The notes under the pieces were generated by a model. That model ran no database searches, had not been told where the DNA came from, and saw nothing but the letters and a program-made list of their open reading frames with translations. A stretch of DNA of 64,000 bases, from positions 17,242 through 81,241 of the forward strand of contig CAMYJD010000001.1 in assembly GCA_947258655.1 (NCBI GenBank). Reading direction: 5' to 3'. Source of the DNA: an uncultured Gammaproteobacteria bacterium. Lineage in GTDB: Bacteria; Pseudomonadota; Gammaproteobacteria; JAADHQ01. The translations under genes were made by a program, and so were the position numbers. Position 1 is the first letter of the stretch; every line of letters starts with the position of its first letter. This document shows positions 42,442 to 53,731 of the stretch, piece by piece.

Positions 42442-43971
42442 TCATTGTGCTTCGGCGAGCCTGGTCGAAGCTGCCTTAACAACGCTGCCAAGCCCGTCAT
42501 AATTACCATCCTTGACCAATTGATAGCCGGAAATATTATCATTGCTGGCGATAAAATGCTCCTCATACCACAATGGAACATAGGGCAGATCCTGCAATAA
42601 CAATTGCTGTATCTGCCTGTATAGGGTCGTGCGATGATCGATATCCACAGAAGCCTCCACCGCGTCGATGAGTCGATCAACCTGTGGATTACTGTAACGC
42701 CCGCGGTTCGCACCCTTGGGTGGAATCGACTGACTATGGAAGACATAGCGAAATATGTCTGGGTTCTTGATACCGACCCAGCTCAGGGAATACATCTGGA
42801 AGCGCCCGGACTTGATATCGCCGTAAAATGTGGCCCAGTCAAAACTGCGCAGCTTGACCTTAATGCCGACCCTGGCCAGTTGCTGCTGAAGAATCGTTGC
42901 GATACGGATACGAAAGGGATCGCTAGAGGTTTTATATTCCAATTGTAACGGATGTCCATGATGAAAACCGGCCTGCAGTAATAATTCGCGCGCACGCGAG
43001 GGTTGATATGTATATCCCGGCACTGACTTGAGTCCGGCCCAGTGCTCAGGAGTCAGTATTGAATTTGCTACCACCGTTCTGCCGCCCAGCAGATTCCGAA
43101 TTATTGATTTTCTGTCCACGGCATAGGCTATAGCCTGGCGCACCCTGATATCCATTAATGCCGGATCATTCTGGTTGAAGCCCAGATAACTGAAGTTATT
43201 TCCGTCAAGATGTTCGACACTAACTGCATCCTTTTTCTCCAGATAATGCACCAGTTCCCTGGGCAGATCATTCTGGAGCATATCGATCTCGCCACGCAGC
43301 AATTTCAATACGCGTACCGTAGCATCCTGAACATGAATAAACTCGACCCGTTGCCCATCCTCGCGCCTTTGTATTATAAGCCTGTCCTGGCTGGGCCATT
43401 CAACAAATCTGAACGGGCCACTACCCATAGACCGTGTAGTCAATATCTCGCCCTGCTCTACTATGTTTGTCGGTACGATACCTATGACAAGATTGGCGGG
43501 GAATAGCGGATCCGCCTTGTGTAGATGAAAATCAATATTATCATCATCGATTGCATCGATTCTGGCTATATTGAGCAAGGAACCCCGATGCGGTGAGGCA
43601 TTGGCCGGATCGAGGATAAATTCATAGGTCGCCTTGACATCGACACTGGTCAACTGCTCTCCACTCTCAAAACGACGTCCATGATCGCGCAGCTGGAATC
43701 GATAAACAGTCGCGGAGAGTAATTGCCAGTCGGCCAGGGAAGGTATCGGCTGGAAGTGTTCATCAAAATCAACCAGACGTTGGTATAACAGACGATTAAT
43801 ACGGGACGACGTCGCATCTGTTGCAAACCGGGGATCGAGACTGATCGGAGCACTGGCCAGGCCAAAACGCACCGCACTGCTCTGTGGCGAACTGCAGGCC
43901 GTGATGACGAATATACTCAGTATAAGTATATTCGCTGCCAACAGCCTGAAGCACTCCGTATGTGGATGCAT
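42442..43971 (-). CDS. Family 5 ABC substrate-binding protein (DppA/OppA-like), probable lipoprotein
   Basis: Lipobox-like ITAC, SLDPR, GSGPF, RVRQAIAYAVDR, NRGRYSNPQVDRLI. Confidence 0.9.
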   Translation of the reverse strand: MHPHTECFRLLAANILILSIFVITACSSPQSSAVRFGLASAPISLDPRFATDATSSRINRLLYQRLVDFDEHFQPIPSLADWQLLSATVYRFQLRDHGRRFESGEQLTSVDVKATYEFILDPANASPHRGSLLNIARIDAIDDDNIDFHLHKADPLFPANLVIGIVPTNIVEQGEILTTRSMGSGPFRFVEWPSQDRLIIQRREDGQRVEFIHVQDATVRVLKLLRGEIDMLQNDLPRELVHYLEKKDAVSVEHLDGNNFSYLGFNQNDPALMDIRVRQAIAYAVDRKSIIRNLLGGRTVVANSILTPEHWAGLKSVPGYTYQPSRARELLLQAGFHHGHPLQLEYKTSSDPFRIRIATILQQQLARVGIKVKLRSFDWATFYGDIKSGRFQMYSLSWVGIKNPDIFRYVFHSQSIPPKGANRGRYSNPQVDRLIDAVEASVDIDHRTTLYRQIQQLLLQDLPYVPLWYEEHFIASNDNISGYQLVKDGNYDGLGSVVKAASTRLAEAQ

Positions 43972-44438
43972 TACCAGTCCTTATATGGGTGTTTTACAAG
44001 TGAGACATTATAATAACGAACGTCATCCGTCACATCTTCACCAACCCAATCCGGCAATACTATTTGCTCATCGACGCTATCCAGTTCTATTTCTGCGACC
44101 TCAAGACCAACATTATCGCCAGCAAAAATATCCACCTCCCACAACTTGTTCTGATGCATCACATGATAGCGGGTTTTTTCAATCAACGGCTTGATACATA
44201 ATTTCTGCAACATGTCCCTGGCTTCTTCCAGCGGCACGGGGTACTCATATTCAAGTCGGTGTATGCCGGGGTTTGCACTCTTGATATTGATATTGGCCTT
44301 GTCACCCTCAATACGCACACGCACCGATGCAGGCCCGGACTGGCTCAGATACCCCTGGCAAAATTTTGTACCCTGATTGGCGCTGGCGCGCCAGTGATCA
44401 TTGCGCAACAGGAATTTACGCTCTATCTCTATACCCAT
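43971..44438 (-). CDS. CYTH-domain protein (triphosphate tunnel metalloenzyme)
   Basis: EIERKFL, QGYL, VRVRI, EYEY, IEKTRY, WEVDIF, AEIEL. Confidence 0.93.
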   Translation of the reverse strand: MGIEIERKFLLRNDHWRASANQGTKFCQGYLSQSGPASVRVRIEGDKANINIKSANPGIHRLEYEYPVPLEEARDMLQKLCIKPLIEKTRYHVMHQNKLWEVDIFAGDNVGLEVAEIELDSVDEQIVLPDWVGEDVTDDVRYYNVSLVKHPYKDW

Positions 44439-44641
44439 GACTTAATCATTATCCATATATTTCAATTTGTTATAAGATCTTTATCAATACACCTCGAATA
44501 TAATGGTACCCTAAACCCTGTCTTTTGACACCTGACACGCACGCTAATGAGGTATATATCATGGCATTGTTTAGCGTAAAGAATGATTTGTACCCGCTAT
44601 ATAAACATCCATATACCATGTACTATTTAGCGTTGTATCCT

Positions 44642-44668
44642 TAACTTTTTCAGGTACTCAACCGATAT
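44642..44668 (+). promoter_or_regulatory. Sigma-28-like promoter
   Basis: TAAC-N15-ACCGATAT in the long intergenic region. Confidence 0.45.
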
Positions 44669-44900
44669 ACACGTAAACATGGCGTATATTAAATAGCATA
44701 CCTATGTAGTAACCGTAATCATTCAGGTGACGTGAGCTAAGAGTGGCCGGGAACGGGATTAAGCGCTGTTGTTAGATAAAATTTTTACCGGCACATTTAA
44801 ATCCTGGTCCTGGTAACGTAAAATATAGCTGGTACATACTATTTAATCGTTGTACGTTATTTTATATCTTCACCGACGAAACATTATTAAACAGACACAG

Positions 44901-45341
44901 ATGCACTTAAATAAAATATCGACATACTTCTGTTTGACCGGCATTGTTTTGCTGCTTGGCGCATGCAGCACTCCATCAGACCGGACATTCAAGCAAGAGG
45001 CAGAAAAAATTGCAAACCAGCTGCTGGATACAATGGCAGCAGAAAACTATACAGACGCTGTAAAACTTTATGACCAGCGCTTTTTTGAGCGTATCACGCC
45101 TGCGGAATGGCAGACCATCCTGAAGAGGTTAAATGAAAAGTTCGGCAGCTACCATTCTCGCAAACAAACGGCTTCGAATGTCAAACATGGCTTCAGCACC
45201 ATCAGCAAAGCGACGACGGTACTCGTATATCATGTCCAGTATCAGAGTAATTATACCGTGCAGAAGTTTACTTTTATGTCCGATGAGAAGGCACAAAATA
45301 TGACCCTGGTGGGTCACTATATTGATTTTCCGGAACAGTAA
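44901..45341 (+). CDS. Hypothetical lipoprotein
   Basis: MHLNKISTYFCLTGIVLLLGAC: lipobox LGAC after a hydrophobic stretch; ATG 44901 preferred over TTG 44850. Confidence 0.78.
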   Translation: MHLNKISTYFCLTGIVLLLGACSTPSDRTFKQEAEKIANQLLDTMAAENYTDAVKLYDQRFFERITPAEWQTILKRLNEKFGSYHSRKQTASNVKHGFSTISKATTVLVYHVQYQSNYTVQKFTFMSDEKAQNMTLVGHYIDFPEQ

Positions 45342-45358
45342 AAATATAAAACGCAATA

Positions 45359-46699
45359 CTACTTTCTGACAAACAGCGCCATTGATTCTACATGCGCAGT
45401 ATGCGGAAACATATCCATCACTCCTGCCGAATCCAGTACATAACCGAAACGATTGACGAGTTCACCGGCATCACGTGCCAATGTAGCCGGGTTGCAGGAT
45501 ACATAGACAATACACTCGGGCGTCATTTCTGCAACGGTCTGCATGACTTCTAGTGCACCGGGACGGGCCGGGTCGATCAGAATCTTGTTGTAACGCCGTT
45601 GCCCCCAGTGCACATCGGCCAGATCATGGGTCAGGTCCTGCACATGGAACTCGGCATTATCAATACCGTTCAGTCGTGCATTTTCCGTGGCCCGGTTGAT
45701 CAATCCGGCGTCGCCTTCAATACCAACAACATATGCGGCACGGGTCGCCATCGGTAAGGAAAAATTACCCAGACCGCAAAACAGATCCAGGACCTGATCA
45801 TTCTTGTTGAGTGCAAGCAGGTCGAGCGCCTGACGGATCATCTGTTGATTTATTGCGGTATTGATCTGGGTAAAGTCTGTCGGTAGAAATTGCAGTGACA
45901 AGTCAAAATCCGGCAAACGATAACGCAGTACCGATGTGTCCGGGAATAACAAATGCACACTATCGGGACCAGCAGGCTGTAGATAGATATGAAATTGATG
46001 TTCACGGGCCAGTTCAATAAGCTTGTATCTGTCATCATCCTCCAGTTCGACAAGGTTGCGAAATACCAGTGCCACCACATCCTCGGTAATGGCAACTTCA
46101 ATCTGGGCGATCTTGTTGTAGGCCTTCAGGCTCTGGATACATACCGCAATACTATCAATCTTGTGCCCTACCCTGGGATCGAGCACTTCACAGCGATCCA
46201 TGTCTGCCAGAAAAGGGCTGTGTTTTTCACGAAAACCGACCAATACACGTTGTTTCTTGTTAACGAACCTGACACCCAGCCTGGCCTTGCTGCGATATCC
46301 CCAGAATTCCGCCACCAGCGGTTTTAAAATATGTTCAGGTTCAACCTGTCCTGTCCTGGCCAGCAAATTAAGCAGAATTTCCTGTTTAGAATGAATCTGT
46401 TTTTCGGGTGACATATGCTGCATGCTACAACCGCCGCAGATCGCGTGAAAGCTGCAACGAGGTTCGATGCGGTCAACAGATGGTTCCAGCACCTCTTCGA
46501 CCTTGCCCTCATCGAAGTTGCGATGGGTGGCGACATACCTGAAGCTGATTTTTTCACCCGCCAGGGCGCCATCGACAAATACCACCTTGTCATCGATATG
46601 GGTAATTCCCCGGCCATCATGAGAGAGTGATTCAATCCTGCTGACAATGGGATCGGCATTAAGCTTTGCGGATTTTCGACGCCTGCGGGCCATACTCAA
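45359..46699 (-). CDS. rlmD: 23S rRNA (uracil-1939-C5)-methyltransferase RlmD
   Basis: TRAM domain, C-x5-CGGCSMQH, FTQIN, LDLFCGLGNF, YVSCNPATLARD, DMFPHTAHVE; start may be ATG 46693. Confidence 0.96.
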   Translation of the reverse strand: MSMARRRRKSAKLNADPIVSRIESLSHDGRGITHIDDKVVFVDGALAGEKISFRYVATHRNFDEGKVEEVLEPSVDRIEPRCSFHAICGGCSMQHMSPEKQIHSKQEILLNLLARTGQVEPEHILKPLVAEFWGYRSKARLGVRFVNKKQRVLVGFREKHSPFLADMDRCEVLDPRVGHKIDSIAVCIQSLKAYNKIAQIEVAITEDVVALVFRNLVELEDDDRYKLIELAREHQFHIYLQPAGPDSVHLLFPDTSVLRYRLPDFDLSLQFLPTDFTQINTAINQQMIRQALDLLALNKNDQVLDLFCGLGNFSLPMATRAAYVVGIEGDAGLINRATENARLNGIDNAEFHVQDLTHDLADVHWGQRRYNKILIDPARPGALEVMQTVAEMTPECIVYVSCNPATLARDAGELVNRFGYVLDSAGVMDMFPHTAHVESMALFVRK

Positions 46700-46863
46700 A
46701 CCATAATATTTTTACTGCAACAACGACAAACATGGCAAGTGATCCAGTCCGCAGCTTGCATATTCAACAAATAATACCGATACAGAAAAATCAGAAGCAT
46801 TGGCAGGAACTGCTGATAACATGGGTAATGAAATCAGCCATACAAAACAGGACCTGCTCACAT

Positions 46864-47763
46864 TCAATCCGGAAATACACCTGTAGACAGGTAACGATCA
46901 CCACGATCACATATTATACTGACAATTACTGCATTTTCGAGTTCATGTGATAATTTCAATGCCGCTGCAACTGCACCACCCGATGAGATACCCGCGAATA
47001 TACCCTCACGTGCAGCCAGCTCACGCGTGGTTTGCTCGGCCTCTAGCTGACTGACATCGATGGTCCGGTCCACGCGTGCCTCATCATAGATACGCGGTAA
47101 GTATTCCTGCGGCCAGCGGCGAATACCAGGTATTGAGGAACCCTCACTGGGCTGTACGCCAACGATCTGAATCGCGCTATTCTGCTCCTTCAAATAACGT
47201 GAATTGCCCATTATCGTGCCGGTAGTTCCCATCGCACTGACAAAATGGGTAATCTTGCCATGTGTATCGCGCCAGATCTCGGGGCCGGTGCCCTGGTAAT
47301 GTGCCAGCGGGTTATCCTGGTTGGAAAACTGGTCCAGGATCAGGCCTATACCCTGCGCTTGCATCTCGCGCGCCTTATCAATGGCGGCCTCCATACTGCC
47401 TTCACGCGGGGTCAGAATAATCTCTGCGCCAAAGGCCTTCATCATCGCCCTGCGTTCTACACTCATATGCTCAGGCATGACCAGTATCATATGATAACCC
47501 TTGATCGCCGAGGCCATCGCCAGAGCAATACCGGTGTTCCCGCTGGTAGCCTCAATCAGGGTATCCCCCGGCTTGATTTCCCCACGGGCCTCGGCATGCT
47601 GTATCATGCTGAGCGCGGGTCGATCCTTGACAGAGCCTGCCGGGTTATTCCCCTCGAGCTTGACCAGTATCACATTGCTGGTATCTCCGGGCAGGCGTTG
47701 TAGTCTTGCCAATGGGGTATTACCGACAAAGTCTTCAATTGTAGGAAAAGTCTGCGCATTCAT
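46864..47763 (-). CDS. cysM: Cysteine synthase B
   Basis: KLEGNNPAGSVKDR, EATSGNTG, MGTTGT, IPGIRRWP, CDRGDRYLSTGVF. Confidence 0.95.
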   Translation of the reverse strand: MNAQTFPTIEDFVGNTPLARLQRLPGDTSNVILVKLEGNNPAGSVKDRPALSMIQHAEARGEIKPGDTLIEATSGNTGIALAMASAIKGYHMILVMPEHMSVERRAMMKAFGAEIILTPREGSMEAAIDKAREMQAQGIGLILDQFSNQDNPLAHYQGTGPEIWRDTHGKITHFVSAMGTTGTIMGNSRYLKEQNSAIQIVGVQPSEGSSIPGIRRWPQEYLPRIYDEARVDRTIDVSQLEAEQTTRELAAREGIFAGISSGGAVAAALKLSHELENAVIVSIICDRGDRYLSTGVFPD

Positions 47764-47873
47764 GGATTATTTCCGAAGATCCGGGCTGAATTGAGCTTGC
47801 ACCATTAAATTCAAGTAATTATCATTAAGATTCAACATGTTACTATATCCAGGCATAGACTGAAACAAGCATT

Positions 47874-50627
47874 ATGATGAATTGGGGTTTTCGCGGAAAA
47901 GTTATTCTGGCATCACTTATCCCGGTGTTGCTAATGGCAGGTATTATCTCATTTGCGACCATCAATTACCAACTGGGCCAGCAACAACGTGCATTCCAAC
48001 TCCAGGCGCAGAGTATCAGCAGGTTGCTGGCCGGTGAACTGGGAAATTCTGAAATGTATAAAAACCCGCAGCTGCTGGAAACTATATTAAATCGTTATCA
48101 GAAAGAAGCCTATGTATCCGGCATCATTGTCAGTGATATTAAAGACAGGCGAATCGGTCGCAGTGGCACTATTCCTGCCGCCAGTAGCCCGAATTATTAC
48201 CATACTTCATCGATAATACAGAAGACCTTAGATAGCAGCGCTCCCAGCAAACATTCAAGACCACATGTAATCCTGGGTACTGTAAAAACCTACTTCTCTA
48301 ATCAACATCTTGTGGTGGCCAGGAAAAATTTGATAAGACATGCGGCGACCATATCTCTTGTAGCGATTGTTGCCGGTGTACTGATAGCACTCGCCTTCTA
48401 CAGATCAATAATACAATCTGTCAGTAATCTCAAGCGAGCTATTCATATGATCAGCCAGGGAAGGTTCGATACCAGAATAGCAAGCACCTCCTATGATGAA
48501 ATCGGTATGCTGGAAAAGGATATCAATGAAATGACAGCGGTATTGCAGGATATACAGGATGACATGCAACAGAGGATCGAGGCAGGTGAAAAACAACTAC
48601 GGGATTCACTGGCAGAAATAGAAAGCAAAAATGAGGAATTTCTGCAAGCAGGCAAAAAAGCAATGGAAGCCGTGCGTATCAAATCCGACTTCATGGCCAA
48701 TATGAGCCATGAAATCAGGACTCCGATGAATGGCATCATCGGATTTGCCAACTTGTTGCTGAAAAGTAAACTGACTCATGAACAACTTGAATACACACAG
48801 ACCATCAAGACATCCGCTACCAATCTGCTGGCGATAATCAATGATATCCTCGATTTCTCCACACTCGAGTCTGGTGAATTAGCCATTGAAAACAGCGACA
48901 TTAACCTGCATGAAGTAATAGAGGATGTTGTTAATTACATGTCCACATCTGCTCATGACAAGGGGCTCGAACTGCTGCTGATATTTTATGATGATGTGCC
49001 GGAATATATTGTTTCAGACGCCGTCAGGATAAGACAAGTTGCTTCACACCTGATCGCCAATGCCATTAAATTCACCAGGCAGGGACAGATTATTGTACGT
49101 GTAATGCTGGAAGATGAGAATGATGATCAATGCGAGATCAAAATAAGCGTTCAGGATAATGGCATTGGGCTGAGCCTGAAAAACCAGAAAAAGTTATTTA
49201 CCGCCTTCAACCAGGCTGACACGACCACGACCAGGGAATTTGGCGGTGCTGGGCTAGGACTTGTTATCTGCAAGGGTATCGCCGAGAGAATGAATGGCAG
49301 TATCGGACTACAAAGCAAACTCGCACTCGGCTCAACATTCTGGTTCCAGTTCCCCACTCATAAACAAACCGGCAGGCTGGTGATCCAGACACAGGATGCG
49401 CTTACCGGAATGCGATGCTTGCTTTACGACTGCAATGAAATATCCAGAAATATCCTCGCCCATCACTTGCGTAGCTGGAATCTGGAATTAACTGAAACCG
49501 ATTCTGCGGATGAAGTGGCCCAACTAGTCAATCATGCAAGGAACGAAAGAGAACCTTTTCAGTTCATTATATTGAGCCTCAGCAATCAGGAATTAATCAA
49601 TAACTCCATATCCTTAATACTGGAAAATATTATCGATGAGCACCATTATGCATTTGTCACATTAATAAACTCTACCGACCAGAAAAGCTATGACGCATGT
49701 TTCCGCATGGGTGCCGATGTCTGTCTGCCAAAAAATATCCGCAAGAAAGACTTTTATCAAAGTCTATGCAATCTACTCCCCGATCATTTCAATCTTGCGG
49801 TCAGTGTCAATACAGAAATGCGTGAATTATCCACGACACCCTATGATCTCTCAGCATTAAAGATTCTTGTTGTTGATGACAACCGCATTAACCGTAAACT
49901 TGTTACTACCCTGCTGCAACAGAGTTTTGCCCAGGTATATGAAGCTACCACAGGAAAAGAGGCAGTTGACCTCGCACACACAAGCTCATACGACCTGATA
50001 TTCATGGATATCCACATGCCTGTTATGAACGGCATAGACGCCACCATAAAAATACGTTCTTCTGAACATGAGGAACAGCGAACGCCGATCATTGCATTAA
50101 CGGCAAATGCAGCTCCTGGAGAGCGAGAACGATTACTGAAATCGGGACTGGATGCCTGTCTTATCAAGCCGATACAGGAACAGGACCTGTGGGGAACAAT
50201 CATAAAATGGGTCGAGCCAACAAAAATAAAACCTATACAATTTAAAAGAAAGTTACCTGGAAAACAGTTATCCGAATCATCCCAGCAGATCAGCTATACT
50301 CAACATGCCCTTGGCCGCATCGATACCGATCAGGCACTCGAATTTGCAGGTGGCAACAAGGAACTGGCCAATGAACTGTATAGTATGTTTATCGAAGACT
50401 TGCCAAACATGAAACAGAAATTGATCGATGCATTTGAAAAAAACGACCTCTCATTGATCGAGGAAGAAGCACACAAGATACACGGTGCGGCTTCCTGCTG
50501 CGCCGTATCGCAGATCAAGCTTGCTGCCAACAACCTGGAAAAGGCCACAATCAGAACCAGGATCGACGAGATTCCACAGTATTATCAGTTATTGATAGGT
50601 ACAATTGACCAGATGCTGAATGATTAG
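47874..50627 (+). CDS. barA: Hybrid sensor histidine kinase BarA/GacS
   Basis: TM-HAMP, H-box MANMSHEIRTPMNGIIG, HATPase GGAGLGL, REC FMDIHMP, Hpt AHKIHGA; position between pdxJ and cysM-rlmD. Confidence 0.85.
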   Translation: MMNWGFRGKVILASLIPVLLMAGIISFATINYQLGQQQRAFQLQAQSISRLLAGELGNSEMYKNPQLLETILNRYQKEAYVSGIIVSDIKDRRIGRSGTIPAASSPNYYHTSSIIQKTLDSSAPSKHSRPHVILGTVKTYFSNQHLVVARKNLIRHAATISLVAIVAGVLIALAFYRSIIQSVSNLKRAIHMISQGRFDTRIASTSYDEIGMLEKDINEMTAVLQDIQDDMQQRIEAGEKQLRDSLAEIESKNEEFLQAGKKAMEAVRIKSDFMANMSHEIRTPMNGIIGFANLLLKSKLTHEQLEYTQTIKTSATNLLAIINDILDFSTLESGELAIENSDINLHEVIEDVVNYMSTSAHDKGLELLLIFYDDVPEYIVSDAVRIRQVASHLIANAIKFTRQGQIIVRVMLEDENDDQCEIKISVQDNGIGLSLKNQKKLFTAFNQADTTTTREFGGAGLGLVICKGIAERMNGSIGLQSKLALGSTFWFQFPTHKQTGRLVIQTQDALTGMRCLLYDCNEISRNILAHHLRSWNLELTETDSADEVAQLVNHARNEREPFQFIILSLSNQELINNSISLILENIIDEHHYAFVTLINSTDQKSYDACFRMGADVCLPKNIRKKDFYQSLCNLLPDHFNLAVSVNTEMRELSTTPYDLSALKILVVDDNRINRKLVTTLLQQSFAQVYEATTGKEAVDLAHTSSYDLIFMDIHMPVMNGIDATIKIRSSEHEEQRTPIIALTANAAPGERERLLKSGLDACLIKPIQEQDLWGTIIKWVEPTKIKPIQFKRKLPGKQLSESSQQISYTQHALGRIDTDQALEFAGGNKELANELYSMFIEDLPNMKQKLIDAFEKNDLSLIEEEAHKIHGAASCCAVSQIKLAANNLEKATIRTRIDEIPQYYQLLIGTIDQMLND

Positions 50628-50651
50628 CGATCTATCAACCAGCAATCTAGC

Positions 50652-51401
50652 TTACTCGGCCAGCATTCGACCTTCCAGCATCAGGCGTTTCATTTCCCTG
50701 ACCGCCGCATCAAGTCCGCTAAATATTGAACGTGCAACAATAGCATGACCGATATTTAATTCAGCAATATCCCGGAGGGCAGCAATCTCGCGGACATTGT
50801 GATAGTGCAGACCATGACCAGCATTAACCTGAAGCCCCTGGTCTACGCCGATCTGGACGGCCCTGCTGATTCTTTCATACTCCAACTTTAGCTGTCCTGG
50901 ATCTTTGGCATCGGCATAATGCCCGGTATGTATTTCGATTACCGGCGCTCCTGCCCTGGCAGCAGCCAGCACTTGGCTTTCATCTGCATCAATAAACAAT
51001 GACACCCTGATAGCGGCATCTGCCAGGCGTCGGCAGGCTTGCTCTACACGCTTAAACTGACCATCGACATCCAGACCGCCTTCTGTCGTCAATTCCTCAC
51101 GTTTTTCCGGAACCAGACAGCAATCCTGCGGCTTGAGCTGCTCTGCAATACTCAGCATTTCATCTGTCACCGCCATCTCCAGATTCATTCTGGTCTGGAT
51201 AGTCTGCTTCAAACTCTGAACATCAAGGTCCTGAATATGTCGACGATCCTCACGCAAATGAACAGTGATCGCATCGGCGCCTGCCTGCTCGGCGACAAAG
51301 GCCGCATGGAGTGGATCCGGGTATTGGCTAAGCCTGGCCTGACGCATTGACGCAATATGATCGATGTTCACTCCAAGCAAAATGTCATTGTCTAGTTTCA
51401 T
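50652..51401 (-). CDS. pdxJ: Pyridoxine 5'-phosphate synthase
   Basis: [41 protein letters not shown]. Confidence 0.98.
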   Translation of the reverse strand: MKLDNDILLGVNIDHIASMRQARLSQYPDPLHAAFVAEQAGADAITVHLREDRRHIQDLDVQSLKQTIQTRMNLEMAVTDEMLSIAEQLKPQDCCLVPEKREELTTEGGLDVDGQFKRVEQACRRLADAAIRVSLFIDADESQVLAAARAGAPVIEIHTGHYADAKDPGQLKLEYERISRAVQIGVDQGLQVNAGHGLHYHNVREIAALRDIAELNIGHAIVARSIFSGLDAAVREMKRLMLEGRMLAE

Positions 51402-51447
51402 AGTCCTGATTTCTGTTACTTGTTTTTTACAATCCTGAGGATTAAAG

Positions 51448-52152
51448 CTAATAATACCTGAAAAGCTCCCTGGTCTTTAAGGGTTTTTCACCAATATAAC
51501 GGCTCAGAATATAGCGCATTAATAATTTACTCTCTTTTAACGCCCGCTCGCCACTCAATTTACCTGAGTGCATCAATAATAATGTTTCCCCGCTCAGTAA
51601 TACACCACCGCCTATGGGCCTGTCGGACCTGACTGGGCCGGATTCTGGCAAATAACAATACATCGACTGCGGATCAAGTGCGACACCATCCACATCCGTA
51701 TCCAGCATCATGCCGTAGCCCAATGCCTCGAGTATATTTTTCTCGTAATTTCTCAGCACAAGCTCCAGTACGCTCGCATCAGACAGGGCTTTAAGCGTGT
51801 TCTCATAGAGTTCGAAAATTTCCGCATGCGGATCATGGGGGTGTAATAAACGCGTCAACAGCTCATTGACATACAAAGCACTCATCAGGGCCTGTTCCTC
51901 CAGCACGAGTGGTGGCTCCGCTTCCTCCGCTACAGACAGGGTTTTCAGTTCGCCCCTGCCCACCCATGCAATAGATAGTTTTCTGAAAGGCTGTAAAAAG
52001 GTTTTACGTTGTTTCTTCCCTGACTTGAATCCTTTCGCCAACAGTGTCAAACGACCATGATCCGGTGTTATGAAATCTATCAGACCACTGCTTTCGCGAT
52101 AGCTTCTGACATGTAATACATAAGCTGACTGCAAGGTATCGTTCATTGGCAT
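51448..52152 (-). CDS. recO: DNA repair protein RecO
   Basis: [37 protein letters not shown]. Confidence 0.95.
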   Translation of the reverse strand: MPMNDTLQSAYVLHVRSYRESSGLIDFITPDHGRLTLLAKGFKSGKKQRKTFLQPFRKLSIAWVGRGELKTLSVAEEAEPPLVLEEQALMSALYVNELLTRLLHPHDPHAEIFELYENTLKALSDASVLELVLRNYEKNILEALGYGMMLDTDVDGVALDPQSMYCYLPESGPVRSDRPIGGGVLLSGETLLLMHSGKLSGERALKESKLLMRYILSRYIGEKPLKTRELFRYY

Positions 52153-52158
52153 AATTCA

Positions 52159-53061
52159 TCAGTCTATGTCGTCATATCCCATGCGTTTCATCAAGCTTTC
52201 ATTATCAGACCAGCCCTCTTTCACCTTGACCCAGAGCTCCAGATGTACCTTGCGTTCGAACATCTTTTCCATGTCTATCCGTGCACTTCTACCAATATCC
52301 TTGAGGACTTCGCCATTCTTGCCAATAACAATTTTCTTTTGTGTTTCCCGTTCAACCCAGATTACCGCTGCAATATGCAGCATATCTTTTTCGCTACTGA
52401 AACGCTCTATCTCGGTTGTTAATGCATAGGGTAATTCCTGTTGCAGACGTCGCATCAACTTCTCGCGGATAATCTCGGAAGCAATAAATCGCTCACTCTT
52501 GTCCGTGATCTGCTCCTCGGGGAACAGCGGGCCGCTTTCAGGTAGATAGTGCGCTATCAGATTTTGCAAACTATCGAGGTTATTACCTCTTTTGGCCGAC
52601 ACCGGAATGACTTCGGTAAACTCCATTTTATTACTCAGCTCTGCAATCTTGGGCAACAATTGCTCTTTCTGCTTCAATTGATCTACCTTGTTTATAACTA
52701 GCATGACTGGCACATGTTCACGCTTGAGCCGACGTACTACGTTTTCATCCTCTTTGGTCCATTTACTGATATCGACTACAAACAACACCAGGTCCACATC
52801 GCGAAGGACGGTAGTGGCAGCACGATTCATATAACGGTTCATTGCGGTCTTGCCACCCAGGTGCATGCCCGGGGTATCCACGTAGATGACCTGCAGATTC
52901 TGCTCAGACTTGATCCCCAAAATCCTGTGCCGGGTCGTCTGACGTTTTCTTGATGTGATGCTGATCTTTTGCCCAAGTATCTTGTTCATCAATGTAGACT
53001 TACCGACATTGGGACGACCGACGATGGCGACAAAACCACATTTTTCTGTTATGTCATTCAT
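52159..53061 (-). CDS. era: GTPase Era
   Basis: [24 protein letters not shown] domain (IVIGKNG). Confidence 0.98.
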   Translation of the reverse strand: MNDITEKCGFVAIVGRPNVGKSTLMNKILGQKISITSRKRQTTRHRILGIKSEQNLQVIYVDTPGMHLGGKTAMNRYMNRAATTVLRDVDLVLFVVDISKWTKEDENVVRRLKREHVPVMLVINKVDQLKQKEQLLPKIAELSNKMEFTEVIPVSAKRGNNLDSLQNLIAHYLPESGPLFPEEQITDKSERFIASEIIREKLMRRLQQELPYALTTEIERFSSEKDMLHIAAVIWVERETQKKIVIGKNGEVLKDIGRSARIDMEKMFERKVHLELWVKVKEGWSDNESLMKRMGYDDID

Positions 53062-53731
53062 TTGTCAGTGCATTCAAGGTATTTTCGGCAGCCTGCTGCT
53101 CCGCCTTGCGACGGCTTGTGCCCTTTCCTGCCACCGCTGCGTCCAGCAACGTTACAGAACATTCCACGGTAAATGTCTGCGCATGTGCTTCGCCAGTAAT
53201 ATCAATCACATCATAGACAGGCAAGGGCAACTGCCGGGACTGCATATATTCCTGCAAACGGGTCTTGAAATCCTTGATAGATGATGCTTCCGGGAGTGTA
53301 GTCAGTTCCTGCTGATATAGGGCAAGAACCACTTGTTTGCAAGTTTCATAATCTGAATCCAGAAAAATAGCGCCAATTATAGCCTCCAGAGTGTCCGCAA
53401 GAATAGATGAACGCCTGAACCCGCCACTTTTCAATTCACCCGATCCAAGGATCAGATAGTCTCCCAACTCAAGGCGCTGCGCAAGTTCTGCAAGCTTGTC
53501 CCCCTTGACCAGACTGGATCGTAGCCGGCTTAACTCTCCTTCCGTTGCCTTGCCTTGATGCGCATACAAATACTCGCTAATGACAAGACTCAACACACTG
53601 TCTCCGAGAAATTCAAGTCTCTCATTATTTTTTTTCGCCGCGCTGCGATGCGTCAACGCTGTATTTAGGTATTCGGGGGATTTAAATTGATAGGCTAAAC
53701 GCCGTGCCAACTCCTCAGCAGGTTTTCTCAA
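53054..53731 (-). CDS. rnc: Ribonuclease III
   Basis: [22 protein letters not shown], dsRBD (KTRLQE...AEQQAA). Confidence 0.98.
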   Translation of the reverse strand: MRKPAEELARRLAYQFKSPEYLNTALTHRSAAKKNNERLEFLGDSVLSLVISEYLYAHQGKATEGELSRLRSSLVKGDKLAELAQRLELGDYLILGSGELKSGGFRRSSILADTLEAIIGAIFLDSDYETCKQVVLALYQQELTTLPEASSIKDFKTRLQEYMQSRQLPLPVYDVIDITGEAHAQTFTVECSVTLLDAAVAGKGTSRRKAEQQAAENTLNALTNE

